Part shown: positions 63,847 to 64,000 of the stretch, piece by piece
Numbering within the stretch: the stretch's first letter is position 1
Layout of the letters: the number at the start of each line of letters is the position of its first letter
Assembly (NCBI GenBank): GCA_036556905.1
Contig: DATBIM010000053.1
Coordinates: forward strand, 63,118-127,117
Length of the DNA: 64,000 nt
Origin: Candidatus Methylomirabilota bacterium
Lineage (GTDB): Bacteria > Methylomirabilota > Methylomirabilia > Rokubacteriales > CSP1-6
Reading direction: 5' to 3'
Notes under the pieces: model-generated
What the model saw: the letters and a program-made list of their open reading frames with translations, nothing else
Database searches by the model: none
What the model was told of the DNA's origin: nothing
Program-made: the position numbers and the translations under genes

Positions 63847-64000
63847 CCGGGCGGGGCCGAGGCCGCTCGTCCGGCTGGTAACGGAAGATTTACTCGCCCG
63901 TCATTGACTGTTAACGCTGGAGTCGGACTCTGGGTCCGTGGCGAAGACGACGGGAGAGGTGGGTCGGCAGCCCGGGCGGACGCCCGCTCCCCAGCGTCTC

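Noticed and set aside
63847-64000. A possible next gene starting at GTG 63938 after a lower-GC spacer, perhaps the missing GAK CofD-like member.
   Set aside because: Only about 20 codons are visible and they carry no diagnostic motif. The call cannot be supported from this window.

Overview
The window is high-GC (about 68-70% by eye) and gene-dense, with no rRNA, tRNA, CRISPR array, transposase or integrase that I could recognise. High GC fills all six frames with long shadow ORFs. I called genes from recognisable protein motifs, third-codon-position GC (GC3) counted by hand where needed, ribosome-binding sites (RBS), and start/stop coupling (many ATGA/GTGA 4-nt overlaps). No searches were run, so family names come from motif recognition and start coordinates are approximate.

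Content from left to right:
- a secreted matrixin-like protease
- a DUF993 gene and 2-hydroxyacid dehydrogenases, one of them internally deleted
- a Ski2-like helicase
- a candidate AhpD-like selenoprotein with an in-frame TGA, missed by the ORF track
- a methyltransferase/ChbG/ROK/alcohol dehydrogenase block
- a TlpA-like redoxin divergent from a YdiJ-like FAD/Fe-S oxidase
- a c-di-GMP module (GGDEF plus REC-HD-GYP)
- TusA plus an IscS-like protein that lacks the PLP lysine
- a complete coenzyme F420 gene set (npdG, cofE, cofC, cofD, cofH, cofG, and an LLM oxidoreductase)
- a nitrogen-control block (two histidine kinases, an NtrC-like activator, a sigma-54 promoter, glnB/K-amt-glnA)
- a phosphate block (DUF47-PiT, PhoB/PhoR-like pair)
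- an operon with two P-type ATPases and cysteine-less HMA-like domains
- a hydrolase-GH3-mgsA block
- ppk1-ppx
- at the right end, a tightly coupled locus: PHP phosphoesterase, three tandem amphi-Trp proteins, a PhoU-kinase fusion, a RimK-like ATP-grasp enzyme and an HprK-related P-loop kinase.

The right-end locus matches what I recall as the uncharacterised 'GAK system'. It is my best candidate for a novel system. The selenoprotein candidate and the dual-ATPase operon come next.
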